Of a DNA stretch of 24,227 nt, positions 7,906 through 16,388 are shown piece by piece. Location of the stretch: NCBI GenBank assembly GCA_044440125.1, contig JBITAJ010000026.1, positions 1-24,227 on the forward strand. The letters are read 5' to 3'. Position 1 is the first letter of the stretch. Each line of letters begins with the position of its first letter. A model generated the notes under the pieces. The model made no database searches. It worked only from the letters and a program-made list of their open reading frames with translations, and had not been told where the DNA came from. Both the position numbers and the translations under genes were made by a program. The stretch comes from Sedimentisphaeraceae bacterium JB056. Lineage in GTDB: Bacteria > Planctomycetota > Phycisphaerae > Sedimentisphaerales > Sedimentisphaeraceae.

Positions 7906-8289
7906 TTAAATAACGTTGTTCCATTTTTTGGGAAGTCTTTTTTTATTCTTCATAAGAGCGGGTTTCATAAACTCTCGCTTTGGATATTTCCTGCCGCGAT
8001 GGCGTTTGCCGAACTCATGAACGGCGGCGCTTTTACCAATCATAGAATACCTGGGACCAATCACTACCGAATACTTTTGCTTATCGAGGCTGTAATAGAG
8101 TGAGCGTTTAAGCTGACCGGCTCTTGTATGGGGAGCTTTGCCCGGCTTTGATGCCTTTCTGCTTCGTCTTATACTTCGCCTTGCGGTAAGCCTGATAGAT
8201 GCCGCGGCATGATTAAGCGTTTTATACGCTCCCGCTCTTATTCTTTTTTTGAGCTCTTTGAGCTTTAAATAAATTTTCGTTCTTTTCAT
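7906..8289 (-). CDS. HK97 gp10-like/neck (virion morphogenesis) protein
   Basis: Very basic; S.PG.AP.TRAGQLKRSL, HEFG and YPKREFMKPAL motifs; start at 8289 or 8298. Confidence 0.75.
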   Translation of the reverse strand: MKRTKIYLKLKELKKRIRAGAYKTLNHAAASIRLTARRSIRRSRKASKPGKAPHTRAGQLKRSLYYSLDKQKYSVVIGPRYSMIGKSAAVHEFGKRHRGRKYPKREFMKPALMKNKKRLPKKWNNVI

Positions 8290-8367
8290 AGGACACATTT
8301 TTTCATAAATTTCTACTTGGCTTCTTTAAGTATCAAAGATTTAAAATAAATCTTCGTTTTCTTCATA

Positions 8368-8397
8368 ATTAGTGTCAATTAGAGTTCATTAGTGGTT
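8368..8397. repeat. Decamer array arm (3 units, ATTAG orientation)
   Basis: ATTAGTGTCA ATTAGAGTTC ATTAGTGGTT. Confidence 0.85.
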
Positions 8398-8407
8398 CGA
8401 ATATTCA

Positions 8408-8773
8408 TTACATTAACTCAATCGTTAAATCAAAATCTCTGCCCGCTTCCATATTCTTGACCTTGATTTCGCTACCTATATCAATCTCTAATGGCAGCAC
8501 CATCTCTCTTGTAAAGTATGCGGGGATAAGGAAGGGCTTTTCCTCTGCTTCCGAGTCGGCTATACTTAACAGAGCCGCGCATCCGTTATTGTAGATAAGT
8601 GCCTTGCGACGTTTCTGCGTAATCGCTCCTTCATTGCAAGAGACGTAATCATCGCTGCCGCCAAGCCAGATTAAAATATCCGGCTTGCCAGAGCCAGCCA
8701 ATGCGCTGCTGACAATGATCTCACCAAACTCATTGACCTCAACATCGAGTGTGTTTATAGATTTTCTCATCAT
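8408..8773 (-). CDS. Hypothetical protein (cassette gene 3)
   Basis: 121-aa ORF starting 1 nt after the stop of 8775-10613. Confidence 0.6.
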   Translation of the reverse strand: MMRKSINTLDVEVNEFGEIIVSSALAGSGKPDILIWLGGSDDYVSCNEGAITQKRRKALIYNNGCAALLSIADSEAEEKPFLIPAYFTREMVLPLEIDIGSEIKVKNMEAGRDFDLTIELM

Positions 8774-8774
8774 T

Positions 8775-10613
8775 TTAGATTCCTGTGTATAGATTCTTTA
8801 TAACTGTGTTAGTTTTCATTCTCTCGGTAAGCTCTCTTATAACCGGTTTACTCCTTTCCATCTGCCAGCGGTGCTTTAAGTCAAGCAAATTAAAACTGGT
8901 AGTTTTTCGCATTTGATCTGTTGTCAGAGGCACTCCAATCTCATCAGCAACGCTTCCGGCTAAAGAGCTGTTAAAGTACAAATCACCAACTGTTATAATT
9001 CCAAGTACATTATCCGTGCAAACAAGATATTTATCGGCAGAGCCAGTAAAGAGCTGAGTATTAATAACCGTCTTGTCAAAAACAATTGAATACTCTGTTT
9101 CAATTTTTCCTATAAGAGCAGAGATATCTGTCACGTATTCTCTTTGAGTATTTACAATCAACTTTCCAGAAAGTGATAGATTACCAAAGCTCACTGTCCC
9201 GCCGACTTGTCTGCACAGGCCAATTAAAAATCCTATCTCACCTGGGTTGTAGTCTTCAAGGGCTGCGGTATTATTTTTATCAATTCTAACAGCTGCGTCT
9301 TGGGCGATAATATCGACATCAATTTCAACATTTGGGAAATAAAGATTACTTGTTGAGCGGTAACCAATCTCCATGCCTCCGCAGAGAAGGCCTGTCCTGC
9401 TGGATATCCTTTTCAAATAAATCTGGCCATCTATCTTGATATTGCCCATTACAACATCATGCTCTTCATCACCAAGGCTGCAGGTTCCTGAAAGAGAACT
9501 TATCACACCGGCTCCCTCATCGTAGAGGTGCAGTCCGACAACCTTTATGTTTTTCAGCTTCACGTCTCCTGTGATCTGATAGCGAAGATGATTACTCATC
9601 GCGCAAGCCTGAATGGTCTCTGTCAGAACAAACGGATTTTCAATAGTGACATTACCGCTCATTATAGGACGAGTTGGGAAAATACTTGGATCACTATCGG
9701 TATCGTGATTATAAAGAACGCTTACGCTCTTTTGAGCCATGATGCAGGGGTTAATAAAATGCGGGCTGCTGCTTGCAAACTTATCATAGCTGTCACCGGT
9801 ATTTCTTGCACGAAATCTTGATACAAAAGACTTGAAGCAATTATTGTTCGGGCAGTTGTTAATTACCGAGTCACTCTCTGCTCCTCTATAATCCATATAG
9901 AGATTCTTAATACACTTGCCGTTAAAATCGAATGTTCCGTAGAAGTAGGCAGCACTGTCACTGCTGCCGTATTTATACGCCCCAAAAGGCATCATACCAC
10001 CCCAGCTTCCCACTGGATTATCGGTGCCTATACCCATATACTCTTCAAGCATATTTACTTCGTCTAAATTGTAGGGAATATAATTAATCGGAATATATGA
10101 AGTATAGAACAACGATATTTCATACCAGTCAGTATCAAGCGGGTGTCCCGGTGGATACATTGGATTACTCACCCACGTTTCCCAAAGCTTACCGTTTAAT
10201 GTTACGACATCGTAAGCCGAATAATCAACATAAGCACTCCACTGCGGTACAGGTTCCCAATATTCAGGGTTTGTAGGCGGTTGCCATGTGTCCCATTCAA
10301 GACATTTATAAAAGCTGCCTTCATAAATAACAAACTCGCCATCCATATACCACATATAGTTTGGCTGCCATTGCTTGATGCTTACAGATATAAACCTGCC
10401 GTTTAAAAGCCGGGGCGTCCATTTTAAGACGCCTGTTCCGCTGCCGTATTCGCTGCAGGGTCTCTGTTCATCGAACCACGCAGACGTACCATCGCCAAGT
10501 GTTGCATACTTGAAGTCGATATTGGCTCCAAGGATGTAATCATCATCAAGCGTATAACTTCTTACTCCGACTACAGAGTAAAGATCTTCTGGAGTGTTAA
10601 GCTCAATCGCCAT
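8775..10613 (-). CDS. GLUG/M26-like beta-solenoid adhesin-type protein with inserted tandem CBM5/12-like modules
   Basis: IELNTPEDL...YILGANIDF, FYGTFDFNGKCIKNLY, TGLLCG/IGFLIG/ISALIG repeats and C-terminal LTTDQM....F...DL...W; residues ~81-166 contain two W...Y..(G/Y)(E/D).V...G..(Y/W) units. Confidence 0.6.
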   Translation of the reverse strand: MAIELNTPEDLYSVVGVRSYTLDDDYILGANIDFKYATLGDGTSAWFDEQRPCSEYGSGTGVLKWTPRLLNGRFISVSIKQWQPNYMWYMDGEFVIYEGSFYKCLEWDTWQPPTNPEYWEPVPQWSAYVDYSAYDVVTLNGKLWETWVSNPMYPPGHPLDTDWYEISLFYTSYIPINYIPYNLDEVNMLEEYMGIGTDNPVGSWGGMMPFGAYKYGSSDSAAYFYGTFDFNGKCIKNLYMDYRGAESDSVINNCPNNNCFKSFVSRFRARNTGDSYDKFASSSPHFINPCIMAQKSVSVLYNHDTDSDPSIFPTRPIMSGNVTIENPFVLTETIQACAMSNHLRYQITGDVKLKNIKVVGLHLYDEGAGVISSLSGTCSLGDEEHDVVMGNIKIDGQIYLKRISSRTGLLCGGMEIGYRSTSNLYFPNVEIDVDIIAQDAAVRIDKNNTAALEDYNPGEIGFLIGLCRQVGGTVSFGNLSLSGKLIVNTQREYVTDISALIGKIETEYSIVFDKTVINTQLFTGSADKYLVCTDNVLGIITVGDLYFNSSLAGSVADEIGVPLTTDQMRKTTSFNLLDLKHRWQMERSKPVIRELTERMKTNTVIKNLYTGI

Positions 10614-10875
10614 CAGTTAATTCCTGCTGAGCATCTAAAATTTCTTGTTCAAGAAGAGCTATCTGCTCTGAGGCCAGCTCTTCTGCTGAAAGATCTTTGA
10701 CTCTTTTGAACTCATCGAAGTGTTGCTTGTAAGCACAGATATCACTGCACGGACAATTTGCATCACTGCTGCAGTCACTGCAGGGATGTGTGCTCATGCT
10801 CAGGCGGTCTCTAATCTGGCCCAGTAAAATCCGCTTACACTGTTGAGGTCTATTCTGCCAATCTTCAATAGTCAT
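10603..10875 (-). CDS. Small Cys-rich hypothetical protein (cassette gene 1)
   Basis: HPCSDCSSDANCPCSDIC plus a C-terminal coiled coil; overlaps the next gene by 11 nt. Confidence 0.6.
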   Translation of the reverse strand: MTIEDWQNRPQQCKRILLGQIRDRLSMSTHPCSDCSSDANCPCSDICAYKQHFDEFKRVKDLSAEELASEQIALLEQEILDAQQELTDGD

Positions 10876-10890
10876 GATTTACTTTCTCGA

Positions 10891-10920
10891 AACCACTAAT
10901 CGACACTAATTTCCATTAAT
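10891..10920. repeat. Decamer array arm (3 units, CTAAT orientation), inverted relative to 8368-8397
   Basis: AACCACTAAT CGACACTAAT TTCCATTAAT; first 20 nt match 7327-7346 at 19/20. Confidence 0.85.
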
Positions 10921-10950
10921 ATCTTTGTTGTTAGTTTGGGTTTCTTCAGA

Positions 10951-11376
10951 TCAGTTGGCTTTCATTGTTAAATATGTTACGGTAATAAGTGAAGTAAAGA
11001 GCCTCTTCTCGTTTAAGTGTTCGGTGGAATAGATCGGATCGTTGGATACCTTTATAAATCTCGCCTCGCCGATATTCCTTCTGTTCACAAAATCAACGAT
11101 CTCACTAACCAGCGTAAGCAGACTTTCGACATCTGTGTCGATCTTAGTTGTTATCTTTTTTTGAACAGCAACATCAATCTCGATCTGAAAGTTCGATGCG
11201 GCCCGTGTAAGATTTATTATCTCAACGCTTTTTGGAACAATAGTTACTGTTAAATTCTTAAGAGCGGATAACTCATACTCTGGCAAAACCTTTGCAGAAG
11301 CGTTAAAAGGCTGACTGAAGTTTGAGCCACTCAAGCTTTCTGCCAGCTGCTTTGATAATTGCAATGCTTCTATCAC
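10951..11376 (-). CDS. Tail terminator/completion protein
   Basis: GTG start at 11376 after GGAG (141 aa); VTIVP...IDVAVQKK...FTSLITVTY pattern; head-tail position. Confidence 0.65.
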   Translation of the reverse strand: MIEALQLSKQLAESLSGSNFSQPFNASAKVLPEYELSALKNLTVTIVPKSVEIINLTRAASNFQIEIDVAVQKKITTKIDTDVESLLTLVSEIVDFVNRRNIGEARFIKVSNDPIYSTEHLNEKRLFTSLITVTYLTMKAN

Positions 11377-11389
11377 TTTTAACTCCGGT

Positions 11390-11608
11390 TTACTTAAACA
11401 ACATAATGACAACAGCCGACACAACTGCTCCGACTATCATCCAGAATAGTCTGCTGCGTTTGACCGCTGCCTGCTCGAGCCTGTCAAGTCTTGTATTGAT
11501 ACCGGGTTTGCCATTACCACGGATAGACTCATCGAGAGAGTCGAGCTTGCGGTGAAGCTGCCCAAACTCATCCTTGCATATATTTTCGTATTGTTTATTG
11601 CCGCACAT
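11390..11608 (-). CDS. Small coiled-coil protein with C-terminal TM (holin/XhlA-like topology)
   Basis: KLDSLDESIRGNGKPGINTRLDRLEQ followed by TM LFWMIVGAVVSAVVIMLF. Confidence 0.6.
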   Translation of the reverse strand: MCGNKQYENICKDEFGQLHRKLDSLDESIRGNGKPGINTRLDRLEQAAVKRSRLFWMIVGAVVSAVVIMLFK

Positions 11609-11613
11609 AATTT

Positions 11614-11641
11614 CAGTTACCAGTTATCAGTGAACAGTTAT
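11614..11641. repeat. Heptamer tandem array (CAGTTAY-like, 4 units)
   Basis: CAGTTAC CAGTTAT CAGTGAA CAGTTAT. Confidence 0.75.
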
Positions 11642-11645
11642 CTTT

Positions 11646-12029
11646 TTATTCGCTTGCCTTTGTGTGTATCCGAAAAGTCTTGTTGTTTATGTCGCTGTAT
11701 CGCCACGGAGGCTGGCCGCTTATGGCGGTTACTTCATAGACGCCCACCTTTGAGTTGGTCTCTGAAGCTCTGGGGTAGAAGATGTAATCACCGGCTTGAG
11801 GAATAATATTCGCATCATCGATAATAAGGTCTTCCACTCTTATTAAAAAGTCGGTGCTTACCGTCCTTATGAGCCTGCCGTAGTCATCTTCGCTCTTGAA
11901 TATGCTCTTGCCGAGCGTCGCCTGCATCTCTATGACCAGCCCGCCGCCTCTTTGGTAGGCGACGGGGACAGTCATATTCTGATGCCGCTGCTCTTCAAGC
12001 CAGAGCTGAGCATCTTCAAGCATACCCAT
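11646..12029 (-). CDS. Head-tail joining/head closure protein (FII-like)
   Basis: V.Y.RG...DFLI...DL......PQAGD.I...YEV...WRYSD....RIHTK; position after the capsid genes. Confidence 0.65.
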   Translation of the reverse strand: MGMLEDAQLWLEEQRHQNMTVPVAYQRGGGLVIEMQATLGKSIFKSEDDYGRLIRTVSTDFLIRVEDLIIDDANIIPQAGDYIFYPRASETNSKVGVYEVTAISGQPPWRYSDINNKTFRIHTKASE

Positions 12030-12496
12030 CAGGCCATAAGCCCCGCGGCCTTGAGCTTGGTAAGCAGTGCGTTGAAATCAGCGACAAGAGCGGCGATAGT
12101 CGTCGCCTCTGAATCTCCCTGAGTCTCGCTCTGGCTCTGGAAGCTGGGTTGCTCAAGTCTGAGCGTTACGCTCTGCTCATCGGCGGCAGCGTCAAAGAGT
12201 GCCTTGCCACAGTAGATATTGCCATAGGCAACTGTGGTAATCGCACCAGATCCCGCTTCGCCGCCTACCGGATCGCCATCAGCATCCCAGAAAAGTTTTT
12301 CGCCGCGACTAATCTCACCCGCTGCCTTGGTAGCAGAGAACACCCCGCAGGTTGCCAGAGCTCCAAGCTCACCGGCCTTTATATCGAGATTTGCGATTGT
12401 CACAAGATCGCCGAGAACAATCACATCTCCGGCAGACACATCTGCCGCAGGAGTGTAATCAATTGAATCGCCTGTTTGTTTATAATTTGCTATCAT
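12029..12496 (-). CDS. DUF2190 capsid cement/decoration protein with a head-fibre-like C-terminal extension
   Basis: YKQTGDSIDYTPAADVSAGDVIV.G...IA..DI.AG..G.L...GVF; tail ATTIAALVADFNALLTKLKAAGLMA. Confidence 0.8.
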   Translation of the reverse strand: MIANYKQTGDSIDYTPAADVSAGDVIVLGDLVTIANLDIKAGELGALATCGVFSATKAAGEISRGEKLFWDADGDPVGGEAGSGAITTVAYGNIYCGKALFDAAADEQSVTLRLEQPSFQSQSETQGDSEATTIAALVADFNALLTKLKAAGLMA

Positions 12497-12569
12497 TGTA
12501 AATTATCCTTTAAGTCGAATTTAGTCTTATTTCAACCCGCTCCTTACCAGTCGCGGTACTGCTTATACC

Positions 12570-14573
12570 TTACGCTCCGTTTGATTTAACAACGCCGCGG
12601 TGGTCCTGCTCTCTGATACCAAGGTCAAAGTAAACCCTGAACCACATACCCAGAGTATTGAAATCGGTATTACCCTTTTCAATAATAGGTGTGCGTCTGC
12701 CCTTGAGGTAGCCGATCTCAAAGGTGTCAACCTCAGATGGTGAGCCGAACAGATACCAGGCGGTTGTAGAGTTGCCGGTGTAATTACTATTGCTCAAGTA
12801 TGCACTGGAAAGAACACTTAGATTCTCATCAGCTAAGGCATTAAGTGCAGGCACCAGTGATGGAGCTGCTCCCTCTGTAGCATCACCGCCTGATATAATC
12901 AGTTGTGAACCTCTGGTAAGAGCAATAGCCTCGTGCTTGAGATTGGTCGGCACAAGCAGGAACCTTGGCTCAACGCTTATCGGCTGGCCGTCAGAGTCTG
13001 TCTGGTCCAAAAACTTCGTGATAGCCTTGCTCAGAGCATCATTGCTCAGTTTACTTCCCGCCCCGGTAAGCAGATTCTTATGTGCAATATGAAACAGTGC
13101 CTTATCATCTGCCTGAGCGGGATTGATAAGCAGTCTCTGGAAAAAGAGCTGATCGATCAATCTTGCCGCGCGGTTACCCATACTTGTCGGGAATTTTATG
13201 AACGCTCCCAGATCATCGTTAATGATCATCTGACGGGTAAGCACAAACTTTTTGCCATAAGTCTCCAGGCGATTGGTAGCCTTATCCTCACGAACGCTGC
13301 CGTTCTTGATCTCACCATCAGCAGGTATCTTTGAAAGATCACCCACATCAGTAAGTCTGAAACGCTCACTTTCCTTAAAATCGTTGAGATCGCCAACACT
13401 GCAAAGCTTTGGAGCGATCAGCGGCTGAGACTTAAACGCTTTAAGCATACGCTTGTTAGCAACGTTGGAAAGAAGCCCCGGAAGACTTACCGTACTAAAG
13501 GCTGCCTGAATCAAGGCAGTATCACTTCCCTCAGGCACGCTCATGCCCTCAAGCTTTATGCATTGACGGAAGATATCAGGCAAAGCCATGGCCCTGATCT
13601 TATCAGCCATATCAATCACCTGCTCGCCGTAATCTTTGGTGAGCTGCTCATCAGAGATACCGGCTCTAAGACAAAGTGCCGCCTCGAGTGCTGATTTTCT
13701 TTGCGATCCGCTTGCCTCGCTTCGCACCATGACATGAACATCACTCTGAGGACGATCTGCCCGAATAGACTCAAGAACCCTCTTGCTTGTAGCTTCTACA
13801 GTCCATCCTGCTTCAATAGCCTCTGATTCAATATCCTTATATTCACCGGCGCAAAGATTGATAATAGCTGATACCCTCATCCTCTCCTGATTGACAGCTT
13901 CGGCTGCTGCTTTGACATCTGTATTTGGATTATCGCTAACAGGAGCCGATGCGGCGGCCTGCACCTTTACAGGATCTGTCTCTTTCGTTTTATTCTTCTT
14001 GTCTTTATCCATATCTTCACCTTGTCCTTGTATTAAATTACCCTGAGCATTTGCTAAGAGAGCTTCCTTATCACCGCCCAAATCAAACATCGCCTTAACT
14101 CTCATAGAAGTGCTGCCATCAGCTCCGACTGCAACTACAGAAACTTCTCTAAGCAAAGATTCCCTTACATGATAGAAAGGGCCTTCGTGATCCTGAGCGT
14201 TTATCGAGCGAGTGCCGGATTTAACAAATTCTACTGCTTTAGCTTCTGCGCCAATCGACAGCTGCCAGTCGCTGCCTGCCTTGCCTTGTTCAACAATACC
14301 CTCTGCCGTTTCACTGCTCGATGTAATAGAGCCGTCTATCAGAAGTTTGTTATCCTGGATCTCTGCATTAACCACACCAATTCTTGAAGTAGTCTTGTTC
14401 TCATGATTAGTCAAAAGAGGTGTGTTCTGTGATATCGAAAGACCTTCTAAATCAACAACTACAGGTCTGTCCCAACCGGGAAGATTCATCTTGCCCCCGC
14501 CATAAGCACACCCCTCGACTTTGGGTTTGGAATCAGAGTTTGCAGCAGCAGTAATTTTCAAATACTCATTCAT
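12570..14573 (-). CDS. Prohead protease-major capsid protein fusion (HK97 fold)
   Basis: N-terminal LLTNH...WQLSIG...LREVSVVAVGAD protease motifs, scaffold-like ER.RV.AI, and capsid DFK...ETYGKKF.LTRQMIINDDLGAF...LLVP...D.RG. Confidence 0.9.
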   Translation of the reverse strand: MNEYLKITAAANSDSKPKVEGCAYGGGKMNLPGWDRPVVVDLEGLSISQNTPLLTNHENKTTSRIGVVNAEIQDNKLLIDGSITSSSETAEGIVEQGKAGSDWQLSIGAEAKAVEFVKSGTRSINAQDHEGPFYHVRESLLREVSVVAVGADGSTSMRVKAMFDLGGDKEALLANAQGNLIQGQGEDMDKDKKNKTKETDPVKVQAAASAPVSDNPNTDVKAAAEAVNQERMRVSAIINLCAGEYKDIESEAIEAGWTVEATSKRVLESIRADRPQSDVHVMVRSEASGSQRKSALEAALCLRAGISDEQLTKDYGEQVIDMADKIRAMALPDIFRQCIKLEGMSVPEGSDTALIQAAFSTVSLPGLLSNVANKRMLKAFKSQPLIAPKLCSVGDLNDFKESERFRLTDVGDLSKIPADGEIKNGSVREDKATNRLETYGKKFVLTRQMIINDDLGAFIKFPTSMGNRAARLIDQLFFQRLLINPAQADDKALFHIAHKNLLTGAGSKLSNDALSKAITKFLDQTDSDGQPISVEPRFLLVPTNLKHEAIALTRGSQLIISGGDATEGAAPSLVPALNALADENLSVLSSAYLSNSNYTGNSTTAWYLFGSPSEVDTFEIGYLKGRRTPIIEKGNTDFNTLGMWFRVYFDLGIREQDHRGVVKSNGA

Positions 14574-14611
14574 AGTTATAAAATTTCCTTTATCTGAAAT
14601 TAATTCACACT

Positions 14612-15997
14612 TTAATCTAAAAGGCCCAGTTCTTCTTTAAGCTTCTTCTCTCTGGCAAGCTGACGAAGCTCTTCTTCCCAGTCCTTGCCTTGACGTGCAT
14701 ATTCATAGGCAAGTGTTGTCGTTTTGTTTTCAAGCCTCGTTGCCTGTGCTTTTGCTTCCTTAGCCGGATCGACATGTTCAAGCCCATCCCAGAACCACTG
14801 GTGAGGCAAGTTTCTTATAAACCTTCTCAAGATGGCAAGCCCATGAATGAAAGCATATTCAATAAGCCAATTTTCAAGTATCCGGTCTAAAACCCTGCCC
14901 GCGATAAACGCCTGGTCAATCCTTATCGATTTATAGTATGTCTGATGGTCTAATCTTCCCGAAGCATAGTTGTATCCCGATGAGTTGCCTGCTGCGACAT
15001 TGAACGGCATATTCAGACACCTTGCAATCTCGTTTAATATTTCTTTTTTGAATTCGCCATAAGTAGTCGCAGGTTGCTCTGGTTTTAGCTGGCTCATCTT
15101 CCAGCCGCCGGGCATTGTAAGCAGCATATTTCGTTCAAGCTCTATTAAATCCATCGGTTCAACCGAGTCAGCCTCACCAGAAGCCGGAGCATCGGTATAA
15201 AGTATCCCGGCAAAATTTGCAGCTGATTCGGCTGCTGTTAAAACAGCCAAAGTAAACCTTCTTAACTGAGCAAACAATTCCAGTGCCGGTGTGATCTCCG
15301 GTACTCCTCTGTGAAGCTGAGGTCTGTCTGCTCTGAAAGTATGAATCATACTTGCCGCAGGCACCATCATGGCCTCATCGGTAAAATTAACATATAAAGA
15401 ACCGGGGTGCTCTTTCAATACCCTGTACTTTAAGGGATAACCGAGAGAATCAAGAATCACCCCATCAATATCTTTGGGGTCATTGGTAAAATTAAACTCA
15501 CCTGCAACCCTGTCAGCTTCTATCAAAATCAGATCCATCTGGATCTCATGAAGCGATGCAGGATTGTTTACCATGATCGCAAACGCTTCACCATCAGTGC
15601 ATCTTGCCATTCGCATGGTTCGAAGTTTTTCACTAAGAGATATTGTTCTGCTCCAGGCGTCAAAATCTCTTTCAATTGTTCGATTTAATTTATCATCATC
15701 GGTCAATACCTGAAGCCTTGGTCCGGTTCCTATTGCATCGTTTGCAAGAGTTGAAACAATACCTCTTGCATAGCTGTTGTTGGCAACCTCATAACGGCTT
15801 CTTTGCCTAAGGGCTATGCGGACATCACTGCTTGCAGCGGCATCTGCACTTAACGAATCAGCCGCCGACCAGTGCCTCTTGTTATGGTTGGTTGTAGTCG
15901 CTGCATCAAAGCGGCCTCTGACTAACCGAGCGGGCAAAGTTTTACGGGCATAAGCAGCAATAACAGGTCTTAATATTTTGCCTAAGATGCCAGTCAA
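14612..15997 (-). CDS. Phage portal protein, lambda family
   Basis: LRQRSR...NNSYARG, DGEAF, IEADR, HTFR..RP...RGVP, NYASGR, VDPAKEA; TTG start abuts the upstream stop. Confidence 0.95.
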   Translation of the reverse strand: MTGILGKILRPVIAAYARKTLPARLVRGRFDAATTTNHNKRHWSAADSLSADAAASSDVRIALRQRSRYEVANNSYARGIVSTLANDAIGTGPRLQVLTDDDKLNRTIERDFDAWSRTISLSEKLRTMRMARCTDGEAFAIMVNNPASLHEIQMDLILIEADRVAGEFNFTNDPKDIDGVILDSLGYPLKYRVLKEHPGSLYVNFTDEAMMVPAASMIHTFRADRPQLHRGVPEITPALELFAQLRRFTLAVLTAAESAANFAGILYTDAPASGEADSVEPMDLIELERNMLLTMPGGWKMSQLKPEQPATTYGEFKKEILNEIARCLNMPFNVAAGNSSGYNYASGRLDHQTYYKSIRIDQAFIAGRVLDRILENWLIEYAFIHGLAILRRFIRNLPHQWFWDGLEHVDPAKEAKAQATRLENKTTTLAYEYARQGKDWEEELRQLAREKKLKEELGLLD

Positions 15998-16192
15998 CTA
16001 TATCCCGCCGTTAACCATTTTCTTAACAACAACACCAAAACCCTTGCTCTTTAAGGCGTTCTTTGAAGCAAGAAATTTTTCAGCTTCAATAAGCTCACTC
16101 AATGAATGCTGCTCAACTTCTCCACTATCACCCTTGACCTTCTTGGGAGATGCAGCGTTTTTTTCTATATCTATAAAACTTTGATCACTCAT
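15998..16192 (-). CDS. Head completion protein, gpW-like
   Basis: 64 aa between terminase and portal; PKKVKGDSGEVEQHSLSELIEAEKFL; AAGGA SD. Confidence 0.6.
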   Translation of the reverse strand: MSDQSFIDIEKNAASPKKVKGDSGEVEQHSLSELIEAEKFLASKNALKSKGFGVVVKKMVNGGI

Positions 16193-16231
16193 TGAGAATT
16201 CCTTACTAATAGTGCCTGTGCCTTATGATAC

Positions 16232-16270
16232 ATATATACCGCTGTTTGATTAAATCTGTCGAAATTTTGA
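16232..16270 (-). promoter_or_regulatory. Class B (late) promoter-like motif, copy 1
   Basis: 31/39 ungapped identity with 20948-20986; minus strand TCGACA-N18-TATATA. Confidence 0.7.
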
Positions 16271-16388
16271 AGAGAAATTTTATTCCAGCTATGTACAATA
16301 ACACTTCAGGTAAAGAAATATGACAAAACTAATTTCTTGACAAAATCTCATCACTTATGAATTTTTGTATATGTTTTGTCAAAATTAT

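Noticed and set aside
832..10613. Diversity-generating retroelement targeting tail or adhesin genes
   Set aside because: No reverse transcriptase, and I found no ~100-bp TR/VR pair differing at adenines.
6074..11641. CRISPR array interpretation of the intergenic repeats
   Set aside because: The repeats are short tandem or dispersed units with no regular repeat-spacer structure and no cas genes.
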